This document shows, piece after piece, positions 26,906 through 37,596 of a DNA stretch of 64,000 nt. The position numbers were made by a program, and so were the translations under genes. The notes beneath the pieces were generated by a model. It did not search any database and was not told the DNA's origin. It saw only the letters and a list, made by a program, of their open reading frames with translations. Origin of the DNA: a virus; IMG/VR virus record IMGVR_UViG_3300045988_144812, positions 96,001-160,000 of that record, one strand, 5' to 3'. Positions within the stretch are counted from its first letter, which is position 1, and each line of letters opens with the position of its first letter.

Positions 26906-29116
26906 TTAGGCGCTAATGCCGCTGAAATTTTCAGGCTTATCTTCGCGACGATAGTTTTCACTGTAGAACGTTTGAACAGTTTTGATGTTGTCGCCGTATA
27001 CACGTGCAACAAAGTGCCAAGACCAAGAACGTTCGGTATCGATAGCAGTGAAGTACAACTCACCTTGAACCTCAATAGTACCACCAAATTTATTGTCTTT
27101 AATTTGGGAGTAGAACCAAGATTCAGCTTCTTGTTTCAGACGCAGTTGTGACCAGTCTTTACCGGAGAAGCGACGACGCAATTCAGCACCAATTTTGTTC
27201 AACTCAACATGGAACAACATGATACGAGCATTCATCAAGGTAGAAGAGTAATCTTCGTAAATGGTACGAATCATCGGGAAGTAGAAGCGACCAGATTCGC
27301 TACGTTCTACCCACATACCGCCAGCAGCCCACGCTTCGTTACGTTGGATGTAAGGTACCCATGGGTTAGAGATATCAGTCAGATAACGCAGATAGTTGTT
27401 ATCACCTTCGGTAGGATCCCAACGAGCATCGGCACGACCAATTTTAGCACCCCAGTATTTAGTAAACAAACGACAGATCTCGTAAGATACTGGAACACGT
27501 TTTTCGTAACTAGATACAGAAGAACGGAAACGACCACTACCACGGATAACCATAGCACGGAATGTTTCAGTACCAAATACTGCAGAATCAGGAGCCAGTT
27601 TCAAACGGTTACGGATGGCTGCCAAACGAGCAATCTCTTCAGCAGCAGTAATGATACCTTCACCAGATACATGAGTGGTAGCACACACCCAACGGTCTTT
27701 ACGGTTAACCAGGTACTTGTTCAGATTGAATTTAGTTTCAATTGGATAACCAGTATCGTAGAAGACAGAATCGTTATAAGTAGTGTCATCCATGTAACGG
27801 CTGTTAGCGTCAGCAAACTCATCGAGCATTGCATCAACAGCAGCAGCAAACAACTCATCAGACATCTCACCATCAGTACCGCCAGTAGACCATTGTACTG
27901 AACCTTCACGCAAAGCAGTTACTTCACCTTCAGTAGTAGAGATGTTGTCAGAATTACGGAAAGTTTGGTAAGGACGACCGTCAGAGTGAGTACCAGTAAA
28001 CAAGTTAAACAGATATTTAGAGTCTGCTTTGTTTTCTTCAGTTACAGCAGCAAAGTCACCGTAGTAACGAGTGGTATTTTCCATCTCGCCAGTCTGAGGA
28101 TTCAGAGTCGGAACTTGAGTACCAGATACATCCAATTCTTTTTGCATGAAAAGAGAAAGGATGCTGTCGATGTTTGCTTGGTAAACGTGAATGTTGCTGA
28201 AAGAACCGAAAGTTGCAGGAAGATTAGGTTCGTCAGGACGATTGTTATTGTAATGTTTTACAAAAGTTTCGCCCAAGTAGTAACGAACACCTACTTTAGA
28301 AACAGCACCTGGTTTCAAACAGAAATCGATTTCACGAGCACCTTTAGTTGTAGTTTCTACAACTTTATTGCTGGTAGCGTTAGGTTTAGTAAATACTTGA
28401 AGACGGAATGGGTAAGAATTTGTATCGCTAAAAGCGATAGTATTCAAAGGAGCTTGGTCAGTGGTCTTAGGTGCCCAGATGGAAATACCGGTTAAATTAC
28501 CCCAAGCACCAGGAGAGCTGGTTTCGAAGTCAAAGATTGGAAGACGCTTACCAACTACACCATTGACAGCAAAGTCAACTTGATTAGTTGCACCTTTACC
28601 CAAACCAGAACTAGATACAGTTCGGCTAGCCAAAGTAATTTGTTCTGGTTTCAGTTCTTCCAAAACCCAACGGTAAGTAATACCAGGAACTTTACGACCT
28701 GTAGATACTTTCTTACCACGGTCTAAACGGAATTGACCAGAAGCATCACGCTCGTATTCATCTACTTCTACTTCGACGTACTCGATAGACAGACGCATAC
28801 CGGCTTTACGCATAGCGTTTTCAGGAACGATACGTTTAGCGATAATGGTACCACTATCTTGCAACATGCCTTCGATGAAGACAGAAGAGTGGTTGTAGTA
28901 CTTGTGGAGAGGATCCAAAGTCTTGTTACCGAAGAGCTTAATAAATGCTTCACCGTCGACAACTACTTCCTCGGTAGGACCTTTTTCAGCGTAGAATGGG
29001 CAAAAAGCCATATGTGGTGCACGCGGAGTGGCGACAACGGATTGAGGTCTACCGGACATATCCTTAGTACCCAGGTGGAAACTGTGGGGTGTAGGATTAT
29101 TAATGTAGATATCCAT
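26906..29116 (-). CDS. contractile tail sheath protein
   Basis: 736 aa. The N-terminal pattern FCPFYAEKGPTEEVVVDGEAFIKLFG...YNHSSVFIEGMLQDSGTIIAKRIV parallels T4 gp18 AGKFQWGPAFQIKQVTNEVDLVNTFG...YFMSAMNFLQYGNDLRVVRAV. Very strong codon bias. Confidence 0.75.
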   Translation of the reverse strand: MDIYINNPTPHSFHLGTKDMSGRPQSVVATPRAPHMAFCPFYAEKGPTEEVVVDGEAFIKLFGNKTLDPLHKYYNHSSVFIEGMLQDSGTIIAKRIVPENAMRKAGMRLSIEYVEVEVDEYERDASGQFRLDRGKKVSTGRKVPGITYRWVLEELKPEQITLASRTVSSSGLGKGATNQVDFAVNGVVGKRLPIFDFETSSPGAWGNLTGISIWAPKTTDQAPLNTIAFSDTNSYPFRLQVFTKPNATSNKVVETTTKGAREIDFCLKPGAVSKVGVRYYLGETFVKHYNNNRPDEPNLPATFGSFSNIHVYQANIDSILSLFMQKELDVSGTQVPTLNPQTGEMENTTRYYGDFAAVTEENKADSKYLFNLFTGTHSDGRPYQTFRNSDNISTTEGEVTALREGSVQWSTGGTDGEMSDELFAAAVDAMLDEFADANSRYMDDTTYNDSVFYDTGYPIETKFNLNKYLVNRKDRWVCATTHVSGEGIITAAEEIARLAAIRNRLKLAPDSAVFGTETFRAMVIRGSGRFRSSVSSYEKRVPVSYEICRLFTKYWGAKIGRADARWDPTEGDNNYLRYLTDISNPWVPYIQRNEAWAAGGMWVERSESGRFYFPMIRTIYEDYSSTLMNARIMLFHVELNKIGAELRRRFSGKDWSQLRLKQEAESWFYSQIKDNKFGGTIEVQGELYFTAIDTERSWSWHFVARVYGDNIKTVQTFYSENYRREDKPENFSGISA

Positions 29117-29227
29117 TTTTTAAAAATCTCCAATGTCTTAACCTGATTAAGATTAGACTATTGTTAAAATAAATAAATTTTAATTGTATTCGCTGTATTA
29201 GGTTTAACCCTAAACAGATACATGAAA

Positions 29228-29245
29228 AACATTACCGGTAATGTT
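29228..29245. repeat. perfect 18-bp palindrome in the sheath / 29457 divergent region
   Basis: aacattaccggtaatgtt. Confidence 0.9.
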
Positions 29246-29309
29246 CTATTAACGAGCGAATAAGCAATAAATTAAACAGTATTAGTGTTTAAAATGATAA
29301 CGTGTTTAG

Positions 29310-29332
29310 CCACGATATTCATAATATCGTGG
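29310..29332. repeat. 10-bp-stem inverted repeat in the same divergent region
   Basis: ccacgatatt-cat-aatatcgtgg. Confidence 0.9.
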
Positions 29333-29456
29333 TAATTAGTTTCTATATATAAATCACATTGAAATTTTTATCAGTAAAAAGTATGATGTTCTCTACGGAG
29401 ACTTTACTTATAAAAGCTTTTATTTAATTAAATTAATTAACCTAGGAATAAAATAA

Positions 29457-30365
29457 ATGGCCATTTTTTATTCGCCTTACGAGACTACAATTGGTAGTTT
29501 CTTTAAAACCGACGAACAACAAAAAACTATTCGACAATCATTGGGTTTAAATTACCCTTGGTTGAAAGTGAACGAACAAAATAAATCAATTTTTATTTAT
29601 CCTAATTCAGTCGTTCCAAAATTTGACCATCCGTTGATTATCGAAACAGTAAAAGGTTTGAAATATACTGTTTGTGATTTATCATCATTTATTCGAGAAC
29701 GTCAAGAGGGTGAGTACACAGTAGCGAACAAACCTTTGTTCTCGCTACAAACCATTCGTACTATTTTGACATCTGATCTTGTTAACAATGGTACTCGTTC
29801 TATTAAATCATTGTCCCCTAATGTGGTTAAGACTTACGTAGACTTGATTACTTCTTCATTGTCTATGGCCTTTAGCTTAAATAGTGAAGAGATTGTCGCT
29901 TTACGAGCAATGTCAGGATGGATGTATTACTCGATGCTACATAGCGAAACATATGCAGGTGAATTAGAGTTTGATGCGCTTATCGCTAAACTGTCCCGAG
30001 ATATCGGCATTCCGTCTAGCTTCTTGTATCGATATGTTGATCGAGAATTCTATAAAAATGTAGATGATTTCTTAGACCAATTGAAATTAAAAATGAATAA
30101 TCCAGCTATTCAGAAAATTAATAGCGGTTTGTTCTATACTGTAATTGCCAAGAACCTTAATGCTAATGTCTGGATTGGTTTAGAAAAACAACAAATCCTA
30201 GCAATGTCTGTAGAACACATTCCTACATTCGTAGCTACCTTAGTAGTGTGTTTATCAGAGCAAGTATTTAAAAATGCTGGTTTAACAAAAATGGCATTGA
30301 AGAATTTTAATCGTGACCGTGCTAACTTCATTCTTGCTGTAAATAGTATTGTAAACGATTATTAA
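29457..30365 (+). CDS. hypothetical protein (possibly virion-associated)
   Basis: 302-aa ORF, divergent from the sheath gene, with RBS taggaataaaataaATG. Confidence 0.7.
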   Translation: MAIFYSPYETTIGSFFKTDEQQKTIRQSLGLNYPWLKVNEQNKSIFIYPNSVVPKFDHPLIIETVKGLKYTVCDLSSFIRERQEGEYTVANKPLFSLQTIRTILTSDLVNNGTRSIKSLSPNVVKTYVDLITSSLSMAFSLNSEEIVALRAMSGWMYYSMLHSETYAGELEFDALIAKLSRDIGIPSSFLYRYVDREFYKNVDDFLDQLKLKMNNPAIQKINSGLFYTVIAKNLNANVWIGLEKQQILAMSVEHIPTFVATLVVCLSEQVFKNAGLTKMALKNFNRDRANFILAVNSIVNDY

Positions 30366-30385
30366 TTAATAAAAGGAGTGTACCG

Positions 30386-33064
30386 ATGAGTGTACCTTAT
30401 CTAATAGGTCATTATCTCTATAATCTCTGGGCAGCTCCACACCAAGATAACCAAAGTATTGTAAGACCAAAACGCATCACTCCTTTGGGTGGTGCTAGAA
30501 ACCATGTTAAAATCGTTACGGAAGATTATAACCTTCCATCTAAACATGAACGTTATCATGCTTACATGATTGGACAAGTTCCTGAGGAAATGTTCAATTT
30601 TAATTTTGTAGAATGGCATGATCGTTCACACTGGTATAACATGGCGGACTTATGCGTAGAGCAAACCGTAGTATTTCAGTTTTATACTGATAAAGGTATT
30701 GTTATTCCATTGACACATATCTACTACACTCTAACTCGTGAGAAGAATTTAGTATTAGTTATTAAAGAAGATCTGAAAATTAATTGGGACATGAATACTG
30801 AAGATGTCTTATTCAGAACGTATAACAATGCATTGCTTCATCACGATGATCAGAATCTTCCTAAAGAGACAATTGCTATCCAGTATGCTAAACCATACCG
30901 TACTTCTGACAAGAGTCCTCTGATCAACTTCTACAATAAATATAAGTCTAAACCTGGGTATATTTTTACCTACATCAATGGTTACTTGGTTAATGACCCG
31001 ATTACTGTAGAGATTCTTGAAAAAGACGTAGTTGAACTGATTTACGATTCTACGATTACTAAAGTCGTAGAAATGAAGATCAGTACCATCCCTACATTTA
31101 AATCTATTATTGATAAGATCCGTAAGTATCTATTTACGCACGGATTGTCTTATCGTAAGAACTTATTTGAATATTTCGATGATTGTGATTTTCACTTATG
31201 TGCTTATCCGAAAACAACACCTAAATTATTTCGAGGTGTAATGTTGCATCGAAATTCAGAAACCAATATTCGACAAGTAGGTAATTGTGATTTCTCTATC
31301 TCTACTAACTTAGTTAGAGAGATGATGAACAATCACGACTTCATTAATGAGCAAATTGCCAATGTGGTATTTAAAGTATTTTATCGTAAACAATACGGTA
31401 AACGTACAATGCCGTTTGTCAATAATCGCTTACACGAATTGAATAAACTTGCTTTCCAAAATCGTGTAGCTGCCATGCAAGGTGTTCGTAGTAATATTAA
31501 AGAATGGCGAGCTGATGAATTAGAATCATCTACTCTATCTCAATTGATCTCTAAACCTAAAGCGGTTTGTAGTTTAAAAGAAGTACAAGATGCATACGGT
31601 TATAATGCTACGACTTACTATACTGGTAAATCACTACATCCATACGAAACGTTTATTGATGACGGATTAGGTGGTAAGTTAGTCAATGTGCCTTATGCTT
31701 ATCGACCATACTCGACCATTTTCGAATATGATCAAAAAGGTAAGCTTTTGGCATGGAGACGTTTAGGTGATTATAATCAGTACCCAGTAACTTCTCCAGA
31801 ATGTCGCTTAGTTGAATTTATTTCTGGTATCGGTACGCGTCAGCCTAATGACTATATTGATATTCTAGAAGTAGAAATTCCAGAAGATGAGGAATTTAGA
31901 GTATATGCCTGTGTGAAAACTCTGGAAGAAGAACCTGATCGATGGGAAGATGTGACTAACGAAGAAGGGGTGTGGGCTTGGAAGACCATTAATGGTAAAC
32001 GAGGAATTGTGATTACAGGAACAAGTGATCGCTTGTTAAGTGATTATACTTTTACAGTAAGAACAGACAAGACATTCTTGTGTCGTACTATTTTGGTACC
32101 ATTTACTAAAGGTATCTTAAACTTCGCATTAAATCAACATTACTATAATGCTGAAAAAGATAATGTGTTTGCTAGACCTGTACGAATTCCTTATGGTTAC
32201 CTGGATATATTCCTAAATGGTAAAGCTCTAATCGAAGGAATTGATTACTTCGTAGAGTTTCCAAATGTATACATTATTAATAAGTCATGTATTGACCATT
32301 CTAAGAACAGTCAAGAAATCACTTATCGAATGATGTCATTTGCGGAGACAAAACCGAAAGAAAACGGAGAAGGTACTCGATTAGCAGGTATCACCACTAA
32401 TCGACAAGTAGGTTATGTAAATAACCATATGCTTTCTCGAAATGGTATTTGGGAAATTTTCGATGATAAGAATTATCTGTTTAAAGTAGGTAACGGGATC
32501 ATTGACCAATCCAAATTAGGTTTTTCTGAGCGCGGAAATATCATTCCCGAGCGAGCAGATGAATTAGAAGGTAGACCTTACGAGATTCGTGACATTATCG
32601 TACCGAAGCGTAAAACATACATTGAAGATACTTATAGTTTTAAGAGCAAAGCAGACGATCTAGATAGACGAGTATCTGCTTACATGGGGCAATTCTTTAA
32701 AGATACCAAGTTTACAAGCAATCCTCCGATCGAAGGATTGTACAAGGTATACTCAACTGTTTTGTCTAGGATCATCTACGATCTAAAACGAAAACAGTAT
32801 AAATTCCCTAACATCGAAACTCGATACAATGACCAAGAAGTCATTAACTTTGTGGAAAGTAACTATAAAGATTTATTTGTTGCGGAACCCTATTTCCGTT
32901 TAGACAATATCTCAATGAAACACGTTACCATTCACCCAACGTATCGTACCGATGTGACAACCCTCACTTACCACGAGGTTCGTTTCTTAAAACAAATTAT
33001 TCGTATTTATTTTAGAAATGAGATTGAGATATCTCACTTTATCCGAATTGGAGAAAACACGTGA
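30386..33064 (+). CDS. hypothetical large protein (892 aa; possibly virion/tail structural)
   Basis: Long ORF with RBS aaaggagtgtaccgATG. Structural role inferred only from size and neighbourhood. Confidence 0.75.
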   Translation: MSVPYLIGHYLYNLWAAPHQDNQSIVRPKRITPLGGARNHVKIVTEDYNLPSKHERYHAYMIGQVPEEMFNFNFVEWHDRSHWYNMADLCVEQTVVFQFYTDKGIVIPLTHIYYTLTREKNLVLVIKEDLKINWDMNTEDVLFRTYNNALLHHDDQNLPKETIAIQYAKPYRTSDKSPLINFYNKYKSKPGYIFTYINGYLVNDPITVEILEKDVVELIYDSTITKVVEMKISTIPTFKSIIDKIRKYLFTHGLSYRKNLFEYFDDCDFHLCAYPKTTPKLFRGVMLHRNSETNIRQVGNCDFSISTNLVREMMNNHDFINEQIANVVFKVFYRKQYGKRTMPFVNNRLHELNKLAFQNRVAAMQGVRSNIKEWRADELESSTLSQLISKPKAVCSLKEVQDAYGYNATTYYTGKSLHPYETFIDDGLGGKLVNVPYAYRPYSTIFEYDQKGKLLAWRRLGDYNQYPVTSPECRLVEFISGIGTRQPNDYIDILEVEIPEDEEFRVYACVKTLEEEPDRWEDVTNEEGVWAWKTINGKRGIVITGTSDRLLSDYTFTVRTDKTFLCRTILVPFTKGILNFALNQHYYNAEKDNVFARPVRIPYGYLDIFLNGKALIEGIDYFVEFPNVYIINKSCIDHSKNSQEITYRMMSFAETKPKENGEGTRLAGITTNRQVGYVNNHMLSRNGIWEIFDDKNYLFKVGNGIIDQSKLGFSERGNIIPERADELEGRPYEIRDIIVPKRKTYIEDTYSFKSKADDLDRRVSAYMGQFFKDTKFTSNPPIEGLYKVYSTVLSRIIYDLKRKQYKFPNIETRYNDQEVINFVESNYKDLFVAEPYFRLDNISMKHVTIHPTYRTDVTTLTYHEVRFLKQIIRIYFRNEIEISHFIRIGENT

Positions 33065-34800
33065 GTGAAAATAATTACCCCGTGAATCAGCCTGTATACG
33101 GTCGTGGTATTGCTGCGAACGTGTCCATTGTCGGTATTGATGGTGAACCTCCTATCCTAGATGATTCCCAGGTATGGCGGATTTGGGCGATTCATGATAT
33201 TTATTTAGGTCAAGAAGGCCATCGTAAATACGTACCTAAGGTAGGTGACTTCGTATTAGACACGAATACCTTTACTTATTACAAGGTTATTTCAGTTAAC
33301 CAAACCACATTGGTTCCAGAATTAGAAGAGATCTCTTCTAAAACGTCTTCTGACGAAATGTCTAAAGACGAAGGTCGTTTCTTTTCTGGCGGTACACTGG
33401 CAACTCCTTGTGCACGACAAATCTTTTACGATGATTCAGTAGTGCGACCTACATTGACTGTACCGGCACAATTCCATATCCAAGGTTCTTTACCTCACCA
33501 TGCAATTGCTTTTAAAGGAACCGTAGCTGGAGCTGGTGGGTTGCCGATTTCAGTACGGTACGATGCTAGTTATAACATAATCGGTAACGAGATTCCCTTA
33601 GAACCAATTGGCCAACAAGATCCGAATAATCTTACCCAATGGTACCTGCCTCCGTTTTATTCAGCCCATGAATTAGAACAAGGTGAAATGGTCTTGATTT
33701 TGATTTACGATGATAAAGGTGGTTTGTTGTCTCGTACTAACTTTATTGTTGAGAAATCAGCACTTCTTCGAGATGTGTCTGACGCAGATAAATTCATCTC
33801 TGCAATCTCTATTGATTCGATGTATATCGATGCTAAGGATGAATCGAATCTTCTGATCCCTGAACAGATCTTGAAAAACTCCATTAACATTATGGGTAAA
33901 GTACATTATACCGATGGTACTATTGTCACTTATCCTGTTGATGGAAATAAATTTGAATTGTTATATCTGGATCGTGCATCAGAATCAACAGTTGGTGTGA
34001 AAGGTACTTTGGTACTTAAGTACTACCTTGGTCCTAATGAGAAATCAGTCAATGTGATTAATAACAATAATCGTTATTTCGTCACTCGTAGCTTTAACTA
34101 TACCATTACTGAACGTGATGGTGCTTACTCAGTTAAACTTTATCCAGTTCCACGTTGGGTAAATGATACTGTTGGTTATCAGCTTGACTGGTATTTATTT
34201 ACATTGGATCGTAACCAATGGATTGATGTGACTAACGATGTATATATTACCTCCAATTCACCAATTCGTTCATTGAATGGTAAACTCTTCGGACCTAACC
34301 AACAATTGAATGTAGCGATTGACTTAGGCGTACTGAATAATACATTCCGTGAACATATCCATCCACAGCAAGTAGATATTCGTTTGTTGCGTAATGCGGC
34401 TGACGCTACTGCTGATCGTTGGTTACTGGGCTTTGAAGCTTATCAGAATCCACCATATGGCGAAGGATTAGTTTGTAATGTACGTGTCCTTACTGGTACG
34501 AATTATACTTATAATTTTGCTAATAGCTGTACAGATCTCGATGATTGGTTAAGAAAAGTATATTACTCAACCATGCCTCAATATCGTACGAATCGTGAAA
34601 ATCAAGCACCTAAACCTAACATGTTTAAATTGTTGGTAGGTGGTCAAGAACATGAATTCCCTATTAGCATGTGGAATCAGGATTTGTCTGTACCTACTCG
34701 TTGTAAAGCAACTTCTACGGTATCATTGGTATTCTTTACCCGATACAATAACAACGATGTATTCTACAGTATTGCTCCATTCCCTGTTGTAATTTCTTAA
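33061..34800 (+). CDS. hypothetical protein (579 aa; possibly virion/tail structural)
   Basis: GTG start overlapping the previous stop (GTGA), with ggag 9 nt upstream. Strong terminator after it. Confidence 0.72.
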   Translation: MSENNYPVNQPVYGRGIAANVSIVGIDGEPPILDDSQVWRIWAIHDIYLGQEGHRKYVPKVGDFVLDTNTFTYYKVISVNQTTLVPELEEISSKTSSDEMSKDEGRFFSGGTLATPCARQIFYDDSVVRPTLTVPAQFHIQGSLPHHAIAFKGTVAGAGGLPISVRYDASYNIIGNEIPLEPIGQQDPNNLTQWYLPPFYSAHELEQGEMVLILIYDDKGGLLSRTNFIVEKSALLRDVSDADKFISAISIDSMYIDAKDESNLLIPEQILKNSINIMGKVHYTDGTIVTYPVDGNKFELLYLDRASESTVGVKGTLVLKYYLGPNEKSVNVINNNNRYFVTRSFNYTITERDGAYSVKLYPVPRWVNDTVGYQLDWYLFTLDRNQWIDVTNDVYITSNSPIRSLNGKLFGPNQQLNVAIDLGVLNNTFREHIHPQQVDIRLLRNAADATADRWLLGFEAYQNPPYGEGLVCNVRVLTGTNYTYNFANSCTDLDDWLRKVYYSTMPQYRTNRENQAPKPNMFKLLVGGQEHEFPISMWNQDLSVPTRCKATSTVSLVFFTRYNNNDVFYSIAPFPVVIS

Positions 34801-34806
34801 TAGTAA

Positions 34807-34841
34807 AATACTCTCTACTCCTTATCGGGGTAGAGAGTATT
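34807..34841 (+). terminator. hairpin terminator (CTCTAC family)
   Basis: aatactctctactcc-ttatc-ggggtagagagtatt followed by ttttattt. Confidence 0.8.
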
Positions 34842-34847
34842 TTTTAT

Positions 34848-34875
34848 TTATTTTAAATCTATATCATTAACATGA
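34848..34875 (+). promoter_or_regulatory. class-I promoter-like box
   Basis: ttattttaaatctatatcattaacatga. After the terminator, 36 nt before ATG 34911. Confidence 0.55.
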
Positions 34876-34886
34876 AGTAGTATTTA

Positions 34887-34903
34887 TAAACTTTATAAAG
34901 GAA
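34887..34903 (+). promoter_or_regulatory. class-II box
   Basis: taaactttataaaggaa before ATG 34911. Confidence 0.45.
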
Positions 34904-34910
34904 ATGAAAA

Positions 34911-35702
34911 ATGAATGTTAACTTTACTTTGATTTTGATTGATGATTCTGGTTTAGAGAAAGTACGTAAAGATATCCGTATCTTAAAAGGAGATGATTCA
35001 TTGCCTGGTACTTTAATTGGTGTTACCAGTGAGATTATTCCAGAACGTGTAAACGTCTGGATTATTGAGAATTACGGAAATGTAGACCATGATGTTCAAG
35101 AAGCATTCTCATCCCATGCTAAAAACATTGTTCGATGCTATCTAGAAGTAGTTGGTGCACGAGAAGTTTTAACGGTGGATCGTGATTCTTTAAATGATTT
35201 CTGGGGCGCGGATTCTGAAGAAGATAAAATTGCTCAAGCTACAAAGATTAATAATTATCTGATCAATAACGAGAATTATTTTGAATTTGTAGCTAATGCA
35301 ACTTCTAAAACATTTACATTTGTAATTGGTAGCGATTCTCCAGATCAACATAAAGTCATTAGCCGTATCACGTTTACTAATGATTCTGGACGATTTACTC
35401 ATCGTGCTGTCTATCGTGAAGTAGAACCTAGTTACGATACAAATTACGAGTTATGGAAGAAAGGTAAAGAGAAACAATGGGTATCTCGTATCGAACGTCG
35501 TTTTGAAATCGATTCTTTTTCTATCGAGAATTTCCAACGTGCTTGTAAAACAGTACTGGAACAAATTGATATAGTTAATAAGAATTACGTTAAACCAGAG
35601 CATGATTATTTAGTGAATCCAGAACCAATCATTAAAGAGTTTTGTGACTTCTGGTTTGGCGTTCGTAAATCAAAACTTAATGGTGCTGAAAAGTTATCTT
35701 AA
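34911..35702 (+). CDS. hypothetical protein
   Basis: 263-aa ORF with both a class-I box and a TATAAAGGAA box upstream. Confidence 0.7.
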   Translation: MNVNFTLILIDDSGLEKVRKDIRILKGDDSLPGTLIGVTSEIIPERVNVWIIENYGNVDHDVQEAFSSHAKNIVRCYLEVVGAREVLTVDRDSLNDFWGADSEEDKIAQATKINNYLINNENYFEFVANATSKTFTFVIGSDSPDQHKVISRITFTNDSGRFTHRAVYREVEPSYDTNYELWKKGKEKQWVSRIERRFEIDSFSIENFQRACKTVLEQIDIVNKNYVKPEHDYLVNPEPIIKEFCDFWFGVRKSKLNGAEKLS

Positions 35703-35722
35703 ATTTATAAATAGTTGAAGAT

Positions 35723-35753
35723 TAGAGAGTATTCCATTTAGGAATACTCTCTA
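35723..35753 (+). terminator. hairpin terminator
   Basis: tagagagtattcc-attta-ggaatactctcta followed by ttttttg. Confidence 0.8.
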
Positions 35754-35803
35754 TTTTTTGATTATACTTAGTTAATTTTTTTTTGCATTAAGGAATTTAT
35801 TAA

Positions 35804-37048
35804 ATGTACAAAAATGTCCGAGAGGTATTTAATGACCATTGCTCGAACCTATCTATAGATATAAAGTTATGTGATAGAATTGAACAATACCTTAATTCCT
35901 TTATTACTAAATCACCAGAACATGCTCAGTTTTTTGGTGGTGATACTATTGGCGATACTGTTGTTAAATTTGTTAATTCGGATCGTTTGAAATGGTTTGA
36001 AGAGATTTTAAGAATTGATGAATTGGATATTGCTCCTGATTTAGCTGAATTAATATCTCCAGTACATTATCTAGTAGCTTCTGACCCATTCTCGTTAAGC
36101 TGTGTCTGGTTAGTTCACATTATTTGGAAATCAACAAAGATACCTGATTCTAAAAAACAGAAAGCAATGTCTGACATTATTATTGTCATGAATATCCGTT
36201 TCTTGACATCTCGTATGCAACGACACTGGCCATATCCTTGTTCAAAACAAACAGCTGAAGCTACACTGTCATCAATGTCTAATAAATACGCTATTAAGCG
36301 ATTAGGTTCGTGGTTAGCCGTATTGAGAGAACGTGGTGATGACACGACAGACATGAAACACTCTATCCATAAACTCACTATTGAGAAGATGGATGTCGAT
36401 ATTCGTAATACAGGTTACTCAGTAGGTTACATGATTACTGACTCTCAATCACGTATTAAGAATATGTTAAAGAACATCTACAATGTCCAAAAGAATCTTC
36501 AAACAACGACGATCACCTCTAGCTCGTCTACGTTTATTGAATCTGATGGCGAAGAGGTGTTAAAAGACAAAGAGAAATCATTAGAAACTTATAAACGATA
36601 TCTCGAAGGTATTATTGCTGATAAGCATTCGTTTATCAAATTAGATTTGATTTCGATTATTGAAAACAGTAATAAAACTATGCCTGCACAAATGTTCAGA
36701 AGTACTTTAAGCTGGATTAGTGATACCTATGGTAAAGGATCAGAAGGAAAATTAGAAATTGATGAGATTATTGCTAAACTCATGAACCATCTACTATCTT
36801 ATCTGTATCTTAATAGAAATATCATGAAAAATAAATCTGACATCTCTGGACTACTCTCCAAGATGAAAGGTGTTTATACTTCATCACGATCAACAGAAGA
36901 AACCCTTCTCGAAATTCGAGATGACATGGAAGGTATTGTTAGAAGAGCTACAAAAGTGAAATCTGGATCAGCTATTGCAGCTACGCGTACCGGTGTCATG
37001 CTGTACATTGTATTAAGAGCATTCACCATGAAACACTACCAAGGATAA
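35804..37048 (+). CDS. hypothetical protein with hydrophobic C-terminal helix
   Basis: 414-aa ORF with RBS aaggaatttattaaATG. C-terminus is GSAIAATRTGVMLYIVLRAFTM. Confidence 0.7.
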   Translation: MYKNVREVFNDHCSNLSIDIKLCDRIEQYLNSFITKSPEHAQFFGGDTIGDTVVKFVNSDRLKWFEEILRIDELDIAPDLAELISPVHYLVASDPFSLSCVWLVHIIWKSTKIPDSKKQKAMSDIIIVMNIRFLTSRMQRHWPYPCSKQTAEATLSSMSNKYAIKRLGSWLAVLRERGDDTTDMKHSIHKLTIEKMDVDIRNTGYSVGYMITDSQSRIKNMLKNIYNVQKNLQTTTITSSSSTFIESDGEEVLKDKEKSLETYKRYLEGIIADKHSFIKLDLISIIENSNKTMPAQMFRSTLSWISDTYGKGSEGKLEIDEIIAKLMNHLLSYLYLNRNIMKNKSDISGLLSKMKGVYTSSRSTEETLLEIRDDMEGIVRRATKVKSGSAIAATRTGVMLYIVLRAFTMKHYQG

Positions 37049-37128
37049 CGTAAATAATTATTTTAACATTGGCAATTACATTATTCTTAAAGTGTATATT
37101 TAATAAATATTACTTTAAGGAATGAGAA

Positions 37129-37545
37129 ATGAGCTTTTTTGAAAAGTTACTAGCTAAAACTTGTAAAACAGCCCATAACCTATCAAATCTAATCTCTACA
37201 GATTTTGACTTTTCTAAAATAGATGAATCCAAACCTACAGTTATTACCATCATGACAAAATATAATTGTCCTATGGATATTGTAGTTATTAAAAGAACCT
37301 ATTTGATGAAAAGGAATAATGTAGCATGGTTTAGGAAAAAGCAACGCAAATTTGTATTGTATCAGATAACAGGAATCGTTCCAGATTGTTTTCCTGATAA
37401 TGTAGCTCGAGTAATGAATTCAACTATGCAAATTCCAGCATTGTTGTCCAAATTCTACGACGAGAAACAACAAATCAATGCGGTTGCTTCTGCTTTTTTA
37501 GACATTAAAATGTCTGACATCTTAAAGCAAGATAAAATAAAATAG
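37129..37545 (+). CDS. hypothetical protein
   Basis: 138-aa ORF with RBS aaggaatgagaaATG. Confidence 0.65.
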   Translation: MSFFEKLLAKTCKTAHNLSNLISTDFDFSKIDESKPTVITIMTKYNCPMDIVVIKRTYLMKRNNVAWFRKKQRKFVLYQITGIVPDCFPDNVARVMNSTMQIPALLSKFYDEKQQINAVASAFLDIKMSDILKQDKIK

Positions 37546-37549
37546 AATC

Positions 37550-37581
37550 TACTCTCCTACTCTTAATTGAGTAGGAGAGTA
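37550..37581. terminator. bidirectional terminator (CTAC family) between 37129..37545(+) and terL(-)
   Basis: tactctcctactc-ttaatt-gagtaggagagta. Confidence 0.7.
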
Positions 37582-37596
37582 ATTCATTTATGCTTA

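Noticed and set aside
26854-27087. Minus-strand 77-aa ORF overlapping the sheath 3' end and the sheath-tube spacer.
   Set aside because: It is out of frame with the sheath gene, crosses the intergenic hairpin, and has no RBS.
27209-29146. Long plus-strand ORFs (27209..27901, 27965..28495, 28733..29146) and small minus-strand out-of-frame ORFs inside the sheath gene.
   Set aside because: They lie entirely within and antisense to (or out of frame with) a 736-aa gene that has sheath-like motifs. Their products are low-complexity (runs of T/S/R/V) and they have no RBS. They are shadow ORFs produced by strong codon bias.
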